NCBI GenBank assembly: GCA_041917755.1
Contig: JAYRWY010000016.1
Span: 37,932 to 101,931, forward strand
DNA length: 64,000 nt
Source: Alphaproteobacteria bacterium
GTDB lineage: Bacteria > Pseudomonadota > Alphaproteobacteria > UBA9219 > RGZA01
Direction of reading: 5' to 3'
Shown: piece by piece, positions 1 through 9,734 of the stretch
Position numbering within the stretch: the stretch's first letter is position 1
Layout: every line of letters starts with the position of its first letter
Notes under the pieces: model-generated
What the model saw: only the letters and a program-made list of their open reading frames with translations
Database searches by the model: none
Told to the model about the DNA's origin: nothing
Position numbers and translations under genes: made by a program

Positions 1-309
1 AATAGCCTCAAATGAATTTTCACTGTTTAGGCGGGAAATACGGCGCTTTTCTTGTTTATCTAGGGATGGGTCTTTGTGCTCACGCAGTAGCTTGCGGGCT
101 GAATCACGGGCTTCCCGTGCCTCTCCTAAGCTGATCTCAGGATATACGCCTATCGCAAGCCGCTTTTCTTTGCCTGAATACTGGTATCTAAAACGCCAGT
201 ACTTACTCCCCTTGGGCATGATTTCTAAATACAGCCCGTTCGCATCATAAAGTTTATAGGTCTTGTCTTTTGGCTTGGCGTTTTTGCACTTCACATCAGT
301 AAGGGACAT
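1..309 (-). CDS. Tyrosine recombinase / phage P4-type integrase, N-terminal (arm-binding) part only; gene continues beyond the window start
   Basis: Minus-strand translation from ATG at 309-307 gives MSLTDVKCKNAKPKDKTYKLYDANGLYLEIMPKGSKYWRFRYQYSGKEKRLAIGVYPEISLGEAREARDSARKLL..., the characteristic N-terminus of P4/CP4-57-type integrases (DUF4102 arm-binding domain). It is not in the ORF track because it has no stop codon in the window. It lies next to the 3' end of a tRNA gene. Confidence 0.8.
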   Translation of the reverse strand, partial: MSLTDVKCKNAKPKDKTYKLYDANGLYLEIMPKGSKYWRFRYQYSGKEKRLAIGVYPEISLGEAREARDSARKLLREHKDPSLDKQEKRRISRLNSENSFEAI

Positions 310-477
310 GGGTGGGGCATCTTTCTTTTGAGGTGGGGAAAGATGCCCCAATTTATGCCCCAAAATTTTCTGGATGTTGAAAAACTTCTCCAGACTACCT
401 TACATCAACTTGTGCTTATTTTATATGGGCTTTTGTTTCTTCTTTGGACTTCCTTGAACGTCCTTGAAAACAAAAAC

Positions 478-569
478 TGGCGGAGGGGATGAGATTCGAA
501 CTCACGATACAGTTTTATCCGTATACACACTTTCCAGGCGTGCGCCTTCAACCACTCGGCCACCCCTCC
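478..569 (-). tRNA. tRNA-Ser (anticodon GGA), type II tRNA with long variable arm, CCA encoded
   Basis: The reverse complement folds as a cloverleaf. Acceptor stem GGAGGGG/CCCCTCC is 7 bp. The D-arm GCC-GAGTGGTTGAA-GGC is typical of Ser. The anticodon stem CACGC/GTGTG carries loop CUGGAAA, so the anticodon is GGA. There is a 6-bp extra arm, T-arm GTGAG-TTCGAAT-CTCAT, discriminator G and CCA. Confidence 0.9.
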
Positions 570-827
570 TTATTGGAAGGCATCTTGTTAGCAGAGAATA
601 TTATAAGAGTGAATATGATTTGCACACCGTTCCAAAATCGGTAAAAAACCCCACATTTTATTGATTATTTTCACAAGCTCATCGCCACTTTTTCCTTGCA
701 ATCAATCTATGGGATTTATGCAACACCGTGGCAAAGCATGCCCTTTTGTACATTTTGTCACATCGACCCGAACCTAGCTTTTGGCCAATGGTGTCGCCAT
801 TGATCACTAACAAACAGGAATCATACC

Positions 828-1592
828 ATGTCTTCAATTAAACCTTCACTTCTCGCCTCAGCAGCATTCGCGCTTGCGCTGGCTGTTGTTGCGTTGCCGG
901 CAACTGCTGCAACCAATAAAAACAAGTCAACTGTTGAAAAGTCTGCGGTAACTTCACCGGTTGATGCTGTTGCACAAAACCCGGTCGTCGCACCCAATGA
1001 TGGCTTACCATCTTTCCGCGCAAAACAGGCTGGTGATTTTGGTATTCGTCTTCGTGGCTTGGGCGTACTCACCGATGAAAGCGGCGAAGTAACCAGCGCG
1101 GCAGGCGTGCCATTTGGATTGAACGCTGAGGTAACTTCAGAATTCGTGCCTGAAATCGATCTGAGCTATTTCTTTACCCCATACCTTGCAGCCGAATTGG
1201 TACTTGCTACTACCCGCCACGATGTAGATGCAGTTCCCGGCGTGCCAGTTGGCAAGGTATCACTGTTGCCACCAACCTTGACCTTGCAATACCACCCCAT
1301 GCCATCCAACCGCTTCAGCCCATATTTTGGCGCTGGTATCAACTACACCATTTTCTATGGCGCAGAAGCAGCTGGCGGTACCATCACCGATGTGAAATAT
1401 GAAAACAGCTTCGGTTATGCATTCCAAGCCGGTATGGACGTCGCCTTGATGGGCAACTGGTCGCTCAACCTTGATGTTAAGAAGGTATTCCTTGATACCA
1501 ACGTAAAAGGAAACGGTACCGTTGGCCCATGGAAGAGCAACGTAGACCTCAACCCCGTATTGGTTGGCTTTGGTATCGGTTATCGCTTCTAA
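828..1592 (+). CDS. ompW: OmpW-family outer membrane beta-barrel protein
   Basis: There is an N-terminal signal peptide (AFALALAVVALPATAA). Conserved OmpW blocks are LPPTLTLQYH...FSPYFGAGINYTIFY and the C-terminal ...GFGIGYRF. An AGGA Shine-Dalgarno precedes the ATG. Confidence 0.7.
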   Translation: MSSIKPSLLASAAFALALAVVALPATAATNKNKSTVEKSAVTSPVDAVAQNPVVAPNDGLPSFRAKQAGDFGIRLRGLGVLTDESGEVTSAAGVPFGLNAEVTSEFVPEIDLSYFFTPYLAAELVLATTRHDVDAVPGVPVGKVSLLPPTLTLQYHPMPSNRFSPYFGAGINYTIFYGAEAAGGTITDVKYENSFGYAFQAGMDVALMGNWSLNLDVKKVFLDTNVKGNGTVGPWKSNVDLNPVLVGFGIGYRF

Positions 1593-1617
1593 ACCATCCA
1601 AGAACACAATTGGATTT

Positions 1618-1655
1618 AGGCCGTATTTTCGTAGGAAATACGGCCTTTTTCTTTG
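1618..1655 (+). terminator. Rho-independent terminator after ompW
   Basis: GGCCGTATTT-cgtagg-AAATACGGCC hairpin followed by a TTTTTCTTT run. Confidence 0.7.
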
Positions 1656-1703
1656 CCATAAACACTATCTTGTCAAAGATGTTTCGCATGCTAAAAAGAG
1701 TGC

Positions 1704-3707
1704 ATGCAAAACAACACCGCCCCCAAATCTACCTTGTCATCCCCTTCCCTTAACACCCTTGCCAACGCCATTCGCGTCTTGGCTATGGACGCAGTGGAGG
1801 CCGCAAAATCCGGCCATCCCGGCATGCCCATGGGCATGGCCGATGTCGCCGCTGTATTGTGGGGTAAGTTTTTAAAGTTTAATCCAAAAGATCCAACTTG
1901 GCCGGACCGCGACCGTTTCATCTTATCTGGTGGCCATGGCTCCATGCTGCTCTATGCCGTGAACTACCTCACCGGCTATGAAAAGATGACGTTGGAACAA
2001 TTGAAAAACTTCCGTCAACTTCATGCTATTACTGCAGGTCACCCTGAAGTGATGCCCAGCGCAGGTATTGAAATGACTACCGGCCCCTTGGGTCAGGGCA
2101 TTGCAACTTCCGTTGGTTATGCGCTTGCCGAGCGCCTCATGAATGCGCGGTTTGGCGATGAGCTGGTAAACCATACCACTTATGTCATGGCGGGCGATGG
2201 CGATTTGATGGAAGGCATCAGCCATGAAGCCGCATCATTGGCCGGCCATTTAAAACTTGGCAAACTCATCGTGCTATATGATGACAACAAGATTTCAATT
2301 GATGGCGCAACATCGATTGCCTTTACCGAAGATACCGCTAAACGCTTTGATGCCTATGGCTGGCAAACCCTGAAATGCGATGGCCACAACACAGCAGAAA
2401 TCGAAGCCGCAATCAAAGCTGCGCAGGCCGATCCTCGCCCAACTCTCATTTCATGCCGCACCATCATTGGTTATGGTGCACCAAAGAAAGCCGGCACACA
2501 TGGCGTTCACGGCTCACCGCTTGGCGCAGAAGAAATTGCTGGTACACGTGAAAAGCTTGGTTGGGCATATCCGCCATTTGTCGTTCCCGATGATGTGCTC
2601 AATGAATGGCGCAGCTTTGGAAAGCGCAGCGAAGCCGACTATCAGGCATGGGTCAAACGTCACCAAACCTCACCCAACCGTGATGCGTTTGATAAAGCAC
2701 TGCGCGGCGATATTTCTCCTGCTGCACGCGATGCGCTCAAAGCATTCAAAGCAAAAGCAAAACAAGAAAAACCAAAACTTGCCACCCGCGTATGTTCGGG
2801 CAACGTATTGGAAGCAATTGCTGGGCTCATCCCCGAACTTGAAGGCGGCTCTGCCGACTTAACTGGCTCGGTTAACACCCTAGTGAAAGGCTTTGGCAGC
2901 GTCACCGCAGATAACTTCAAGGGTCGTTATATCCATTACGGTGTACGTGAACACGGCATGGCCGCCGCTATGAATGGCATCGCCTTGCATGGTGGTCTCA
3001 TCCCCTATTCCGGTACATTCTTGCAATTTGCTGATTATTCACGCCCTGCAATTCGTCTAGGCGCGCTGATGAAACAGCAAGTCGTGCACATCATGACACA
3101 TGACAGCATCGGCCTTGGCGAAGATGGCCCCACCCATCAACCGGTTGAACATCTATCATCCCTGCGTGCCATTCCGAATATGCTGAACATGCGCCCATGC
3201 GACAGCATCGAAGCCGCCGAATGTTGGGAACTGGCACTGGATTATAAGACAGGCCCATCTTTGCTGGCCCTGTGCCGTCAAAACTTGCCAACATTGCGCA
3301 GCGAAGCTGGCGATGAAAACCTATCTGCCAAAGGCGCGTATGTGCTGTGCGGCGATAGCGCTAAACGCCAGGTCACCATTATCGCAACCGGTTCTGAAGT
3401 ATCCATCGCAGTAGATGCTTATGAAAAACTAAAAGCCGCTGGCATCCATGCGGTTGTGGTATCTATGCCCTGTATGGAAATATTCAACCAGCAACCGGAA
3501 GCTTACCGCAATTCAATTCTTGGAAATGCACCACGCATCGCTGTTGAAGCCGGTATCCGCATGAGCTGGGATAGATATCTTCGCAGCCAAGATGCCTTTA
3601 TCGGCATGAGCACCTTTGGGGAGTCCGCTCCGGCGCCCCAATTGTATAAGCATTTTGGCATTACTGACGATGCTATTGTCACCAAGGCTCAATCTTTGCT
3701 TAAATAG
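1704..3707 (+). CDS. tkt: Transketolase
   Basis: 667 aa. TPP-binding signature SGHPGMPMGMADVAAVLW and GDGDLMEGISHEA. Typical length, with the ATG verified at 1704. Confidence 0.95.
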   Translation: MQNNTAPKSTLSSPSLNTLANAIRVLAMDAVEAAKSGHPGMPMGMADVAAVLWGKFLKFNPKDPTWPDRDRFILSGGHGSMLLYAVNYLTGYEKMTLEQLKNFRQLHAITAGHPEVMPSAGIEMTTGPLGQGIATSVGYALAERLMNARFGDELVNHTTYVMAGDGDLMEGISHEAASLAGHLKLGKLIVLYDDNKISIDGATSIAFTEDTAKRFDAYGWQTLKCDGHNTAEIEAAIKAAQADPRPTLISCRTIIGYGAPKKAGTHGVHGSPLGAEEIAGTREKLGWAYPPFVVPDDVLNEWRSFGKRSEADYQAWVKRHQTSPNRDAFDKALRGDISPAARDALKAFKAKAKQEKPKLATRVCSGNVLEAIAGLIPELEGGSADLTGSVNTLVKGFGSVTADNFKGRYIHYGVREHGMAAAMNGIALHGGLIPYSGTFLQFADYSRPAIRLGALMKQQVVHIMTHDSIGLGEDGPTHQPVEHLSSLRAIPNMLNMRPCDSIEAAECWELALDYKTGPSLLALCRQNLPTLRSEAGDENLSAKGAYVLCGDSAKRQVTIIATGSEVSIAVDAYEKLKAAGIHAVVVSMPCMEIFNQQPEAYRNSILGNAPRIAVEAGIRMSWDRYLRSQDAFIGMSTFGESAPAPQLYKHFGITDDAIVTKAQSLLK

Positions 3708-3750
3708 CCGTTCATTTTTTCAATTCTAGCACCATGAAGGAACTACTGGT

Positions 3751-4761
3751 ATGACCGTTCGCGTTGCAATTAATGGGTTTGGCCGCATTGGCCGTTTGGT
3801 ATTTCGTGCAATTTTTGAGTCTGGCCGCAAGGATATCGAAGTCGTTGCTATTAACGATCTGGCCGATGCAGATACCAATGCCCATCTTCTAAAGTATGAC
3901 TCAGTTCATGGCCGCTTCCCTGGTGAAGTAAGTGTTGCTGGCGACGTAATGACCGTAAATGGCAAAGGCGTGAAGGTACTGAATGTAAAAGACCCCGCCC
4001 AGCTGCCATGGAAAGATTTGAAAATCGATATCGCCATGGAATGCTCCGGCATTTTCACAAAGCGCGCAGATGCCGCAAAGCACATCACCGCTGGCGCAAA
4101 GAAAGTGCTTATTTCAGCTCCAGCCGAAGAAGAAGATATTACGGTTGTCTACGGCGTAAACCACCACTTGCTAAAGCCAGAACACACCGTTGTATCCAAC
4201 GCGTCCTGCACCACCAACTGCCTTGCGCCGGTGGTTCACGTATTGCATCAGGCCATTGGCATTGAAAAAGGCTTTATGACCACCATCCACTCCTATACTG
4301 GTGATCAACGCACAGTGGATACCATGCACAAGGATTATGCCCGCGCACGCGCAGCAGCCTTGAACATGATCCCAACCTCCACCGGGGCCGCCAAGGCCGT
4401 TGGCAAGGTATTGCCAGAACTGAAGGGCAAGCTGGATGGCACCTCCATCCGCGTACCAACCCCCAACGTGTCTGTGGTCGATTTCAAGTTCATCACCAAA
4501 AAAGCCACCAGCGTTGAAGAAGTAAACGCCGCCATCAAGGCCGCAGCTGCTTCTGGCAGCCTAAAGGGAATCTTGGGCACTTATGATGTGCCGTTGGTGT
4601 CAACCGACTTCAACCATGATCCACACTCCTCCATCTTTGCCTTGCATGAAACCAAGGTGATTGAAGGCAATCTGGTTCGCATCCTTACCTGGTACGACAA
4701 TGAATGGGGCTTCTCCAACCGTATGTCCGATACTGCGGTTGCTATGCATAAAGCTGGATAA
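3751..4761 (+). CDS. gap: Glyceraldehyde-3-phosphate dehydrogenase
   Basis: 336 aa. VAINGFGRIGR NAD-binding motif and the catalytic SNASCTTNCLAP block. An AAGGA RBS precedes the ATG. Confidence 0.95.
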   Translation: MTVRVAINGFGRIGRLVFRAIFESGRKDIEVVAINDLADADTNAHLLKYDSVHGRFPGEVSVAGDVMTVNGKGVKVLNVKDPAQLPWKDLKIDIAMECSGIFTKRADAAKHITAGAKKVLISAPAEEEDITVVYGVNHHLLKPEHTVVSNASCTTNCLAPVVHVLHQAIGIEKGFMTTIHSYTGDQRTVDTMHKDYARARAAALNMIPTSTGAAKAVGKVLPELKGKLDGTSIRVPTPNVSVVDFKFITKKATSVEEVNAAIKAAAASGSLKGILGTYDVPLVSTDFNHDPHSSIFALHETKVIEGNLVRILTWYDNEWGFSNRMSDTAVAMHKAG

Positions 4762-4779
4762 GCGATTAACGCATCAAAC

Positions 4780-4810
4780 AAAAAAGCCATCCGTAAGGAT
4801 GGCTTTTTTT
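4780..4810. terminator. Bidirectional intrinsic terminator between gap (+) and the convergent secreted-protein gene (-)
   Basis: AAAAAAGCCATCC-gtaa-GGATGGCTTTTTTT is a perfect hairpin flanked by A- and T-runs on both sides. Confidence 0.8.
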
Positions 4811-4830
4811 ATGCCTTATAAATACCTTTG

Positions 4831-5226
4831 CTATTCACAAACCATTTTGGTTCCATCAAAGGCATAGTGTTTTCCCTGACGTTCGCAGTTGGGGACATCA
4901 ATGCAAACATTTTTGCCATTAATATAGGCAGCCTGCTGTGTCTTGGGATCGCACTCTACGAGCTTCTTGCACGCAAACTTTTGCGTTGCGGTGTCATAAG
5001 AAATAATTTCGCCTTTCACGCAAGCCGGCACTTTCTTGCACACCGTCATACCATTTTCAGTGGCCGGAAATTCGTTGAGGTTACATTTTGGTGCAGTTGC
5101 AGGTGCCGCAGGAGGTGGGTTTGCCGGTGGCGGTGTTGTTTCTGCCATAACCGGACTGCCATGAACCATGGCAATAACCATCAGGATTGCAGCCCATAAC
5201 CCCATACTGCGACGCATATCAAACAC
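4831..5226 (-). CDS. Hypothetical secreted cysteine-rich protein. It has a signal peptide, a Pro-rich linker and 8 Cys.
   Basis: N-terminal MRRSMGLWAAILMVIAMVHGSPVMA signal, then PPPANPPPAAPATAP, then a Cys-patterned domain. I recognise no family. Confidence 0.45.
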   Translation of the reverse strand: MFDMRRSMGLWAAILMVIAMVHGSPVMAETTPPPANPPPAAPATAPKCNLNEFPATENGMTVCKKVPACVKGEIISYDTATQKFACKKLVECDPKTQQAAYINGKNVCIDVPNCERQGKHYAFDGTKMVCE

Positions 5227-5336
5227 CCATCCAAAAGAGAAACTCGATGAAACACATTATATTTTCAAAGCGTTAACAAATTTGAAATAATTAATTTTGA
5301 CACAATTGGAATGGCTTATGCGGTTAATCGCTTTTA

Positions 5337-5753
5337 TCAAGCACTTTCAATGCTTTTTGCGATTTCGGCCAAATGGCGCGCCGCTTCATTTAGCTGCCGC
5401 TGGCGCAAGTCAACATCCACAGTCAGGTTTTTAAGCTTACGCGCGTTATCTTCGGCCTGCTTTTTCCAATGCTGGGTTTCGGCCATCTGTTCACGCAAAT
5501 CACGCTGGGTCTTGGCGAGCTGCATCTGCAGCTGGATTACTTCTTTTTGTAACGACGTAACCACGCCGCCCCGCACCTGCACCACTTCGTGGCGACGCTC
5601 AGCGATGGCTGATTGTAAAACGTTTGAAAGGCTCACACCGTCACTATTTAACATGGTGCGCGCGGCACGCAAAGCTGCCATGGCTTCACCATCATGGCCA
5701 CTATCGGCAAGCGCCAAAACTTTGCTCAGTTTTTCAAGTGCGTTTGAAGCCAT
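5337..5753 (-). CDS. Hypothetical coiled-coil protein with a DUF2786-like N-terminus (LALA motif)
   Basis: The N-terminus LEKLSKVLALADSGHDGEAMAALRAARTML resembles the DUF2786 consensus. The rest is predicted coiled coil. It lies downstream of serA on the same strand. Confidence 0.45.
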   Translation of the reverse strand: MASNALEKLSKVLALADSGHDGEAMAALRAARTMLNSDGVSLSNVLQSAIAERRHEVVQVRGGVVTSLQKEVIQLQMQLAKTQRDLREQMAETQHWKKQAEDNARKLKNLTVDVDLRQRQLNEAARHLAEIAKSIESA

Positions 5754-5824
5754 ACCCGTACACCGTGAATCAGGAAGTCCTGACTACGGTGCGGGATTCG
5801 TGGCAACTTGTCCAGATTGACTAC

Positions 5825-7426
5825 TTAGGTATTCGGGATTGTGAACTTCAATTCACGAGCCTTCAGCACGCCTTGTAACTTGCTGATTTTAGCAATCAGC
5901 TCTGGGCCAACAGGTTGATCCAGCGAGATAAGCGCCAATGCCTGGTTACCGGTACGGCCAAGGTTGAAGTTTGCAATGTTAACATTGTTCTCACCCAGCA
6001 ATGTTCCAAGACGACCAATCAGACCTGGCTTATCCTCGTTGCGGACATACAGCATCACAGGTGATGGTTCAACTTCCACACAGAAATCACCAAGCGCCAC
6101 AATACGCGGGCGCTCCGCACCAATTAGCGAACCGGCAATCTTATAGGTACCCTGTTCGGTTTTCAGAGTAATGCGCAACAAAGTCGGGTAATCACGGTTT
6201 ACTTCACGCTTGGTTTCCGACACTTGAATATTACGTTCACGTGCAATAACCGGAGCGTTGATCATGTTCACGCTATCCAATTGTGGGCGTAAAATTGACA
6301 TCAGGATAAGCGCAGTCATCGGCTTGGTGTTCAAGCTGGCAGCATGACCTTCATAATCCACCGCAATTTCCTGAATGCCATTTTCAATAACCTGGCCGCA
6401 ATAGCTGCCAAGGAATTCGGCAAGGCGCATATATGGGCGCAGCTTGATGGCATCTTCGGCTGACAGGGATGGCATATTAAGGGCATTTACTACCGCGCCG
6501 CTCACCAAATAATCCGACATTTGTTCGGCAATCTGCAATGCCACATTTTCTTGTGCTTCGGTGGTTGATGCACCCAAATGCGGGGTGCAAATAACCTTTT
6601 CATTACCGAACAAGATGTTTTCTTTGGCTGGCTCGGTTGGGAACACATCCAATGCCGCGCCTGCTACATGGCCGCTATCAATCGCTGCCTTCAAATCCAC
6701 TTCGTTAACAAGACCGCCACGTGCACAATTGATAATACGTACGCCCTTCTTGCACTTGGCCAACGACTTGGCATCAATAATGTTCTTGGTGGATTCAGTC
6801 AGCGGGGTATGCAGCGTGATGAAATCTGCACGCGCAAACAATGCATCTAGTTCTACTTTTTCAACGCCCAAGTCGCGTGCGCGTTCTTCGGAAAGATACG
6901 GGTCAAACGCCACCACTTTCATCTTCAAGCCAACGCCGCGGTCTGCCACGATGGAACCAATGTTACCGCAACCAATCACGCCAAGGGTTTTGCCGAACAG
7001 CTCAACACCCATAAAACGGTTCTTTTCCCACTTACCTGCATGAGTGGATGCATTGGCAGCTGGCAATTCGCGCGCCAACGCAAACATCATGGCAATCGCA
7101 TGCTCAGCCGTGGTGATGGAATTACCAAATGGGGTGTTCATAACCACCACGCCGCGGCCTGTGGCTTCTGGAATGTCTACGTTGTCCACGCCAATACCTG
7201 CGCGGCCAACAACCTTTAAACGCTTGCCGGTTGCCAAAATGCCTTTGGTTACTTTGGTCGCAGAGCGAATGGCAATACCATCGTAATTATCAATGATGGC
7301 GTTCAACTCATCGGGTTTCAAACCGGTTTTGACATCCACATCAACGCCGCGTTCTTTAAAGATTTCAACCGCGCGTGGGGAAAGTTCATCGGAGATAAGT
7401 ACTTTTGGTTTTGCTTGAGCAGTCAT
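5825..7426 (-). CDS. serA: D-3-phosphoglycerate dehydrogenase (long form with C-terminal ACT domain)
   Basis: 533 aa. NAD-binding GVIGCGNIGS, the catalytic region of 2-hydroxyacid dehydrogenases, and a C-terminal ACT domain. It is paired with serC. Confidence 0.9.
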   Translation of the reverse strand: MTAQAKPKVLISDELSPRAVEIFKERGVDVDVKTGLKPDELNAIIDNYDGIAIRSATKVTKGILATGKRLKVVGRAGIGVDNVDIPEATGRGVVVMNTPFGNSITTAEHAIAMMFALARELPAANASTHAGKWEKNRFMGVELFGKTLGVIGCGNIGSIVADRGVGLKMKVVAFDPYLSEERARDLGVEKVELDALFARADFITLHTPLTESTKNIIDAKSLAKCKKGVRIINCARGGLVNEVDLKAAIDSGHVAGAALDVFPTEPAKENILFGNEKVICTPHLGASTTEAQENVALQIAEQMSDYLVSGAVVNALNMPSLSAEDAIKLRPYMRLAEFLGSYCGQVIENGIQEIAVDYEGHAASLNTKPMTALILMSILRPQLDSVNMINAPVIARERNIQVSETKREVNRDYPTLLRITLKTEQGTYKIAGSLIGAERPRIVALGDFCVEVEPSPVMLYVRNEDKPGLIGRLGTLLGENNVNIANFNLGRTGNQALALISLDQPVGPELIAKISKLQGVLKARELKFTIPNT

Positions 7427-7526
7427 GGGAACACCTTTTTTGAATGCGCACAGGTTTAACCGTGCAAGTTATTACAGTAATGTGGAAATGGAGATGGTTC
7501 GCAGCCGATAATTATCTAGCTGGAAC

Positions 7527-8735
7527 TTAAGCAGCAGCGCGCAGCTCTGACTTGGCGGTGGCAAATGCCCACTCGATCCAAGGCAACAGAGCCTGAACAT
7601 CTGATGTTTCAACCGTGCTACCGACCCAAACGCGCAATCCCGGTGGGGCATCGCGGTATGCGTTTGCATCAAGTGCCGCGCCTTCTTTTTCTAAAAGGCC
7701 GTTAACACGCTTGGCAAAGGCCGCACGGCCTTCGTCATTAAGCTTCAGATATTCTGGGTCATTAAAGACAAAGCACACAGATGTGGTCGAACGTGTTGCT
7801 GGGTCACTTGCCAAGAAATCAACCCATGGCGTGCGTTCAATCCAGTCAGCCAATACTTTGTAATTGGCCTGATTACGCTCGACCATGCCCTTACAGCCGC
7901 CGATGGATTTAACCCAGTTTAATGCATCCAGTACGTCTTCAACGCACAACATGGATGGGGTGTTAATCACTTCACCGGTGAAGAAGGCTTCATTGACTTT
8001 GCCCTTCTTGGTAATGCGGAAGATTTTTGGAATTGGCCAGCTTGGCGTATTGGATTCAAGACGCTTGATAGCGCGTGGGCTCATGATAATCATGCCGTGC
8101 GCAGCTTCACTGCCCAACACTTTCTGCCATGAGTATGTTACAACATCGAGCTTATCCCATGGTAATGGCATGGCGTATACAGCCGATGTCGCATCGCAGA
8201 TGGTCAACCCTTCGCGGTTATCGCTAATCCAGTCACCATTTGGAACCTTTACGCCAGATGCCGTACCGTTCCAGGTAAACACAATATCATGCGCAGGGTT
8301 TGCCTGCTTCATATCGGGCAATTGACCGTAGGCAGGAACAAATTTGCGGGCATTGGGAACTTTTAGCTCATCGATGATATCGACAACCCAGTCTTTACCA
8401 AACGCTTCCCATGCAAATACATCAACGGGGCGTGAACCAAGCAAGTTCCACAAGGCCATTTCAACCGCGCCGGTATCTGAACCTGCGGTGATGCCAATCT
8501 TGTAATCCGCAGGTATCCCGAGCGTTTCACGCGTCAGGTCAATAATCTGCTGGAGTTTAACTTTCGCTTCTTTAGCGCGGTGGGAACGACCAAGCAAAGC
8601 ACCCTTGAGTGCCTCAAATGTCCAACCCGGGCGCTTGGCGGTAGGTCCACAGGAAAATCCCGGGTTTTTAGGCTTTTGCGTCGGTTTGGATGCGTTTGTC
8701 GTCATTGTGTTTGTGTTCACTGCCGTGTTTGTCAT
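7527..8735 (-). CDS. serC: Phosphoserine aminotransferase
   Basis: Alphaproteobacterial-type SerC with N-terminus ...KPKNPGFSCGPTAKRPGW and a PLP-fold body. It sits immediately upstream of serA. The start could be the internal Met at 8705. Confidence 0.85.
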   Translation of the reverse strand: MTNTAVNTNTMTTNASKPTQKPKNPGFSCGPTAKRPGWTFEALKGALLGRSHRAKEAKVKLQQIIDLTRETLGIPADYKIGITAGSDTGAVEMALWNLLGSRPVDVFAWEAFGKDWVVDIIDELKVPNARKFVPAYGQLPDMKQANPAHDIVFTWNGTASGVKVPNGDWISDNREGLTICDATSAVYAMPLPWDKLDVVTYSWQKVLGSEAAHGMIIMSPRAIKRLESNTPSWPIPKIFRITKKGKVNEAFFTGEVINTPSMLCVEDVLDALNWVKSIGGCKGMVERNQANYKVLADWIERTPWVDFLASDPATRSTTSVCFVFNDPEYLKLNDEGRAAFAKRVNGLLEKEGAALDANAYRDAPPGLRVWVGSTVETSDVQALLPWIEWAFATAKSELRAAA

Positions 8736-8834
8736 GTTAAGCTATTCCTTCCAGAATAGAAGCATTCCGTTGGGGGAATGTGACCCAATTCCAAGACTAA
8801 CAAGGGTTTTGGACATGAGTCAAACAAGAACAAC

Positions 8835-8882
8835 AAAAAAAATAAAAAAAAAGAGGCCGCCTGATTTGCTCAAGCAGCCTCC
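8835..8882 (-). terminator. Intrinsic terminator for the MlaC-like gene
   Basis: On the minus strand, GGAGGCTGC-ttgagcaaatca-GCGGCCTC hairpin is followed by a U-run of 17 or more. Confidence 0.6.
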
Positions 8883-8904
8883 CGATAACGCTTATAAATA
8901 AGGC

Positions 8905-9561
8905 CTAATCCTTGGCTTGCGGCGCTGATGCCATCACACGATCAGACAAGGTTTTAAGGAATGCATCCAAATCCCCGCCATTTTTCTGAATAACCGCAGT
9001 GAATTCGGAACGCTGGGTTACGGTCATGCTGACGCCTTCAACAATCACGTCAATAACGCGCATACGACCACCTTTATTGCGCACACGCCAATCCACCTTC
9101 ACAGGGGGAGCGCTGCCATTTGGCTTCATGATAAGAGCAGTAACATAGCTATCATTACCGTCTTCTACCTTGCTTTCGGTAACCTTCCAGGTTTCGCCAT
9201 TATAAAGGCTAAAGCGGTCGGAATAGATTTGCACCACCAGCTTTTCAAATAGCTTGAGGTATTGCTCGCGCTGTGCAGGAGTTGCTGCCTTCCAGTTGCT
9301 TGGACCAATTGCAAACTTACCTAGCAAGTCCAAGTCAAAGTCATTCACCAACATATCATGGAATGTTTTGGCCGCGGCTTCTGGCGTTACATTCTTATCT
9401 GCCAAGGTCGCGATGGCTTTGTCACCCAACGCCTGAATGAACTTGCGGGCACCATCTGCTTGATCTGCACGGGCATCATGCGTTGATGTAAAAAGAGCAA
9501 TCAATCCGACTGCCAAAGCAGCAAAAAAACTTCTACGTGAAAATACTGTCTTGAATACCAT
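8905..9561 (-). CDS. MlaC/Ttg2D-family periplasmic phospholipid-binding protein
   Basis: I moved the start to ATG at 9561 (MVFKTVFSRRSFFAALAVGLIALF signal peptide) because a strong AGGAG RBS lies upstream. The conserved MlaC-like core is ...LGKFAIGPSNWKAATPAQREQYLKLFEKLVVQIYSDRF...VDWRVR... Confidence 0.6.
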   Translation of the reverse strand: MVFKTVFSRRSFFAALAVGLIALFTSTHDARADQADGARKFIQALGDKAIATLADKNVTPEAAAKTFHDMLVNDFDLDLLGKFAIGPSNWKAATPAQREQYLKLFEKLVVQIYSDRFSLYNGETWKVTESKVEDGNDSYVTALIMKPNGSAPPVKVDWRVRNKGGRMRVIDVIVEGVSMTVTQRSEFTAVIQKNGGDLDAFLKTLSDRVMASAPQAKD

Positions 9562-9734
9562 GGCCTTAAAACTCCTGCGGGAGGATGTGAGAGTAGGAAT
9601 AAGAGGACTTTTGAATAGCATGACTAACCCAGTTTGACTAGAGCACGGCCAAATATTTATGCTTTGATTGTCGCAAACCATTGCGGCCAAGCTATGGCGG
9701 CAAGAATCTATACTTATTATAGGGTTATGGATGG

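Noticed and set aside
1923-4761. Numerous 60-160 aa ORFs antisense to or out of frame with tkt, gap, serA, infB, pnp, amn and other genes
   Set aside because: They are fully embedded in long genes with strong motif-level support. They are typical spurious ORFs in roughly 50% GC DNA.
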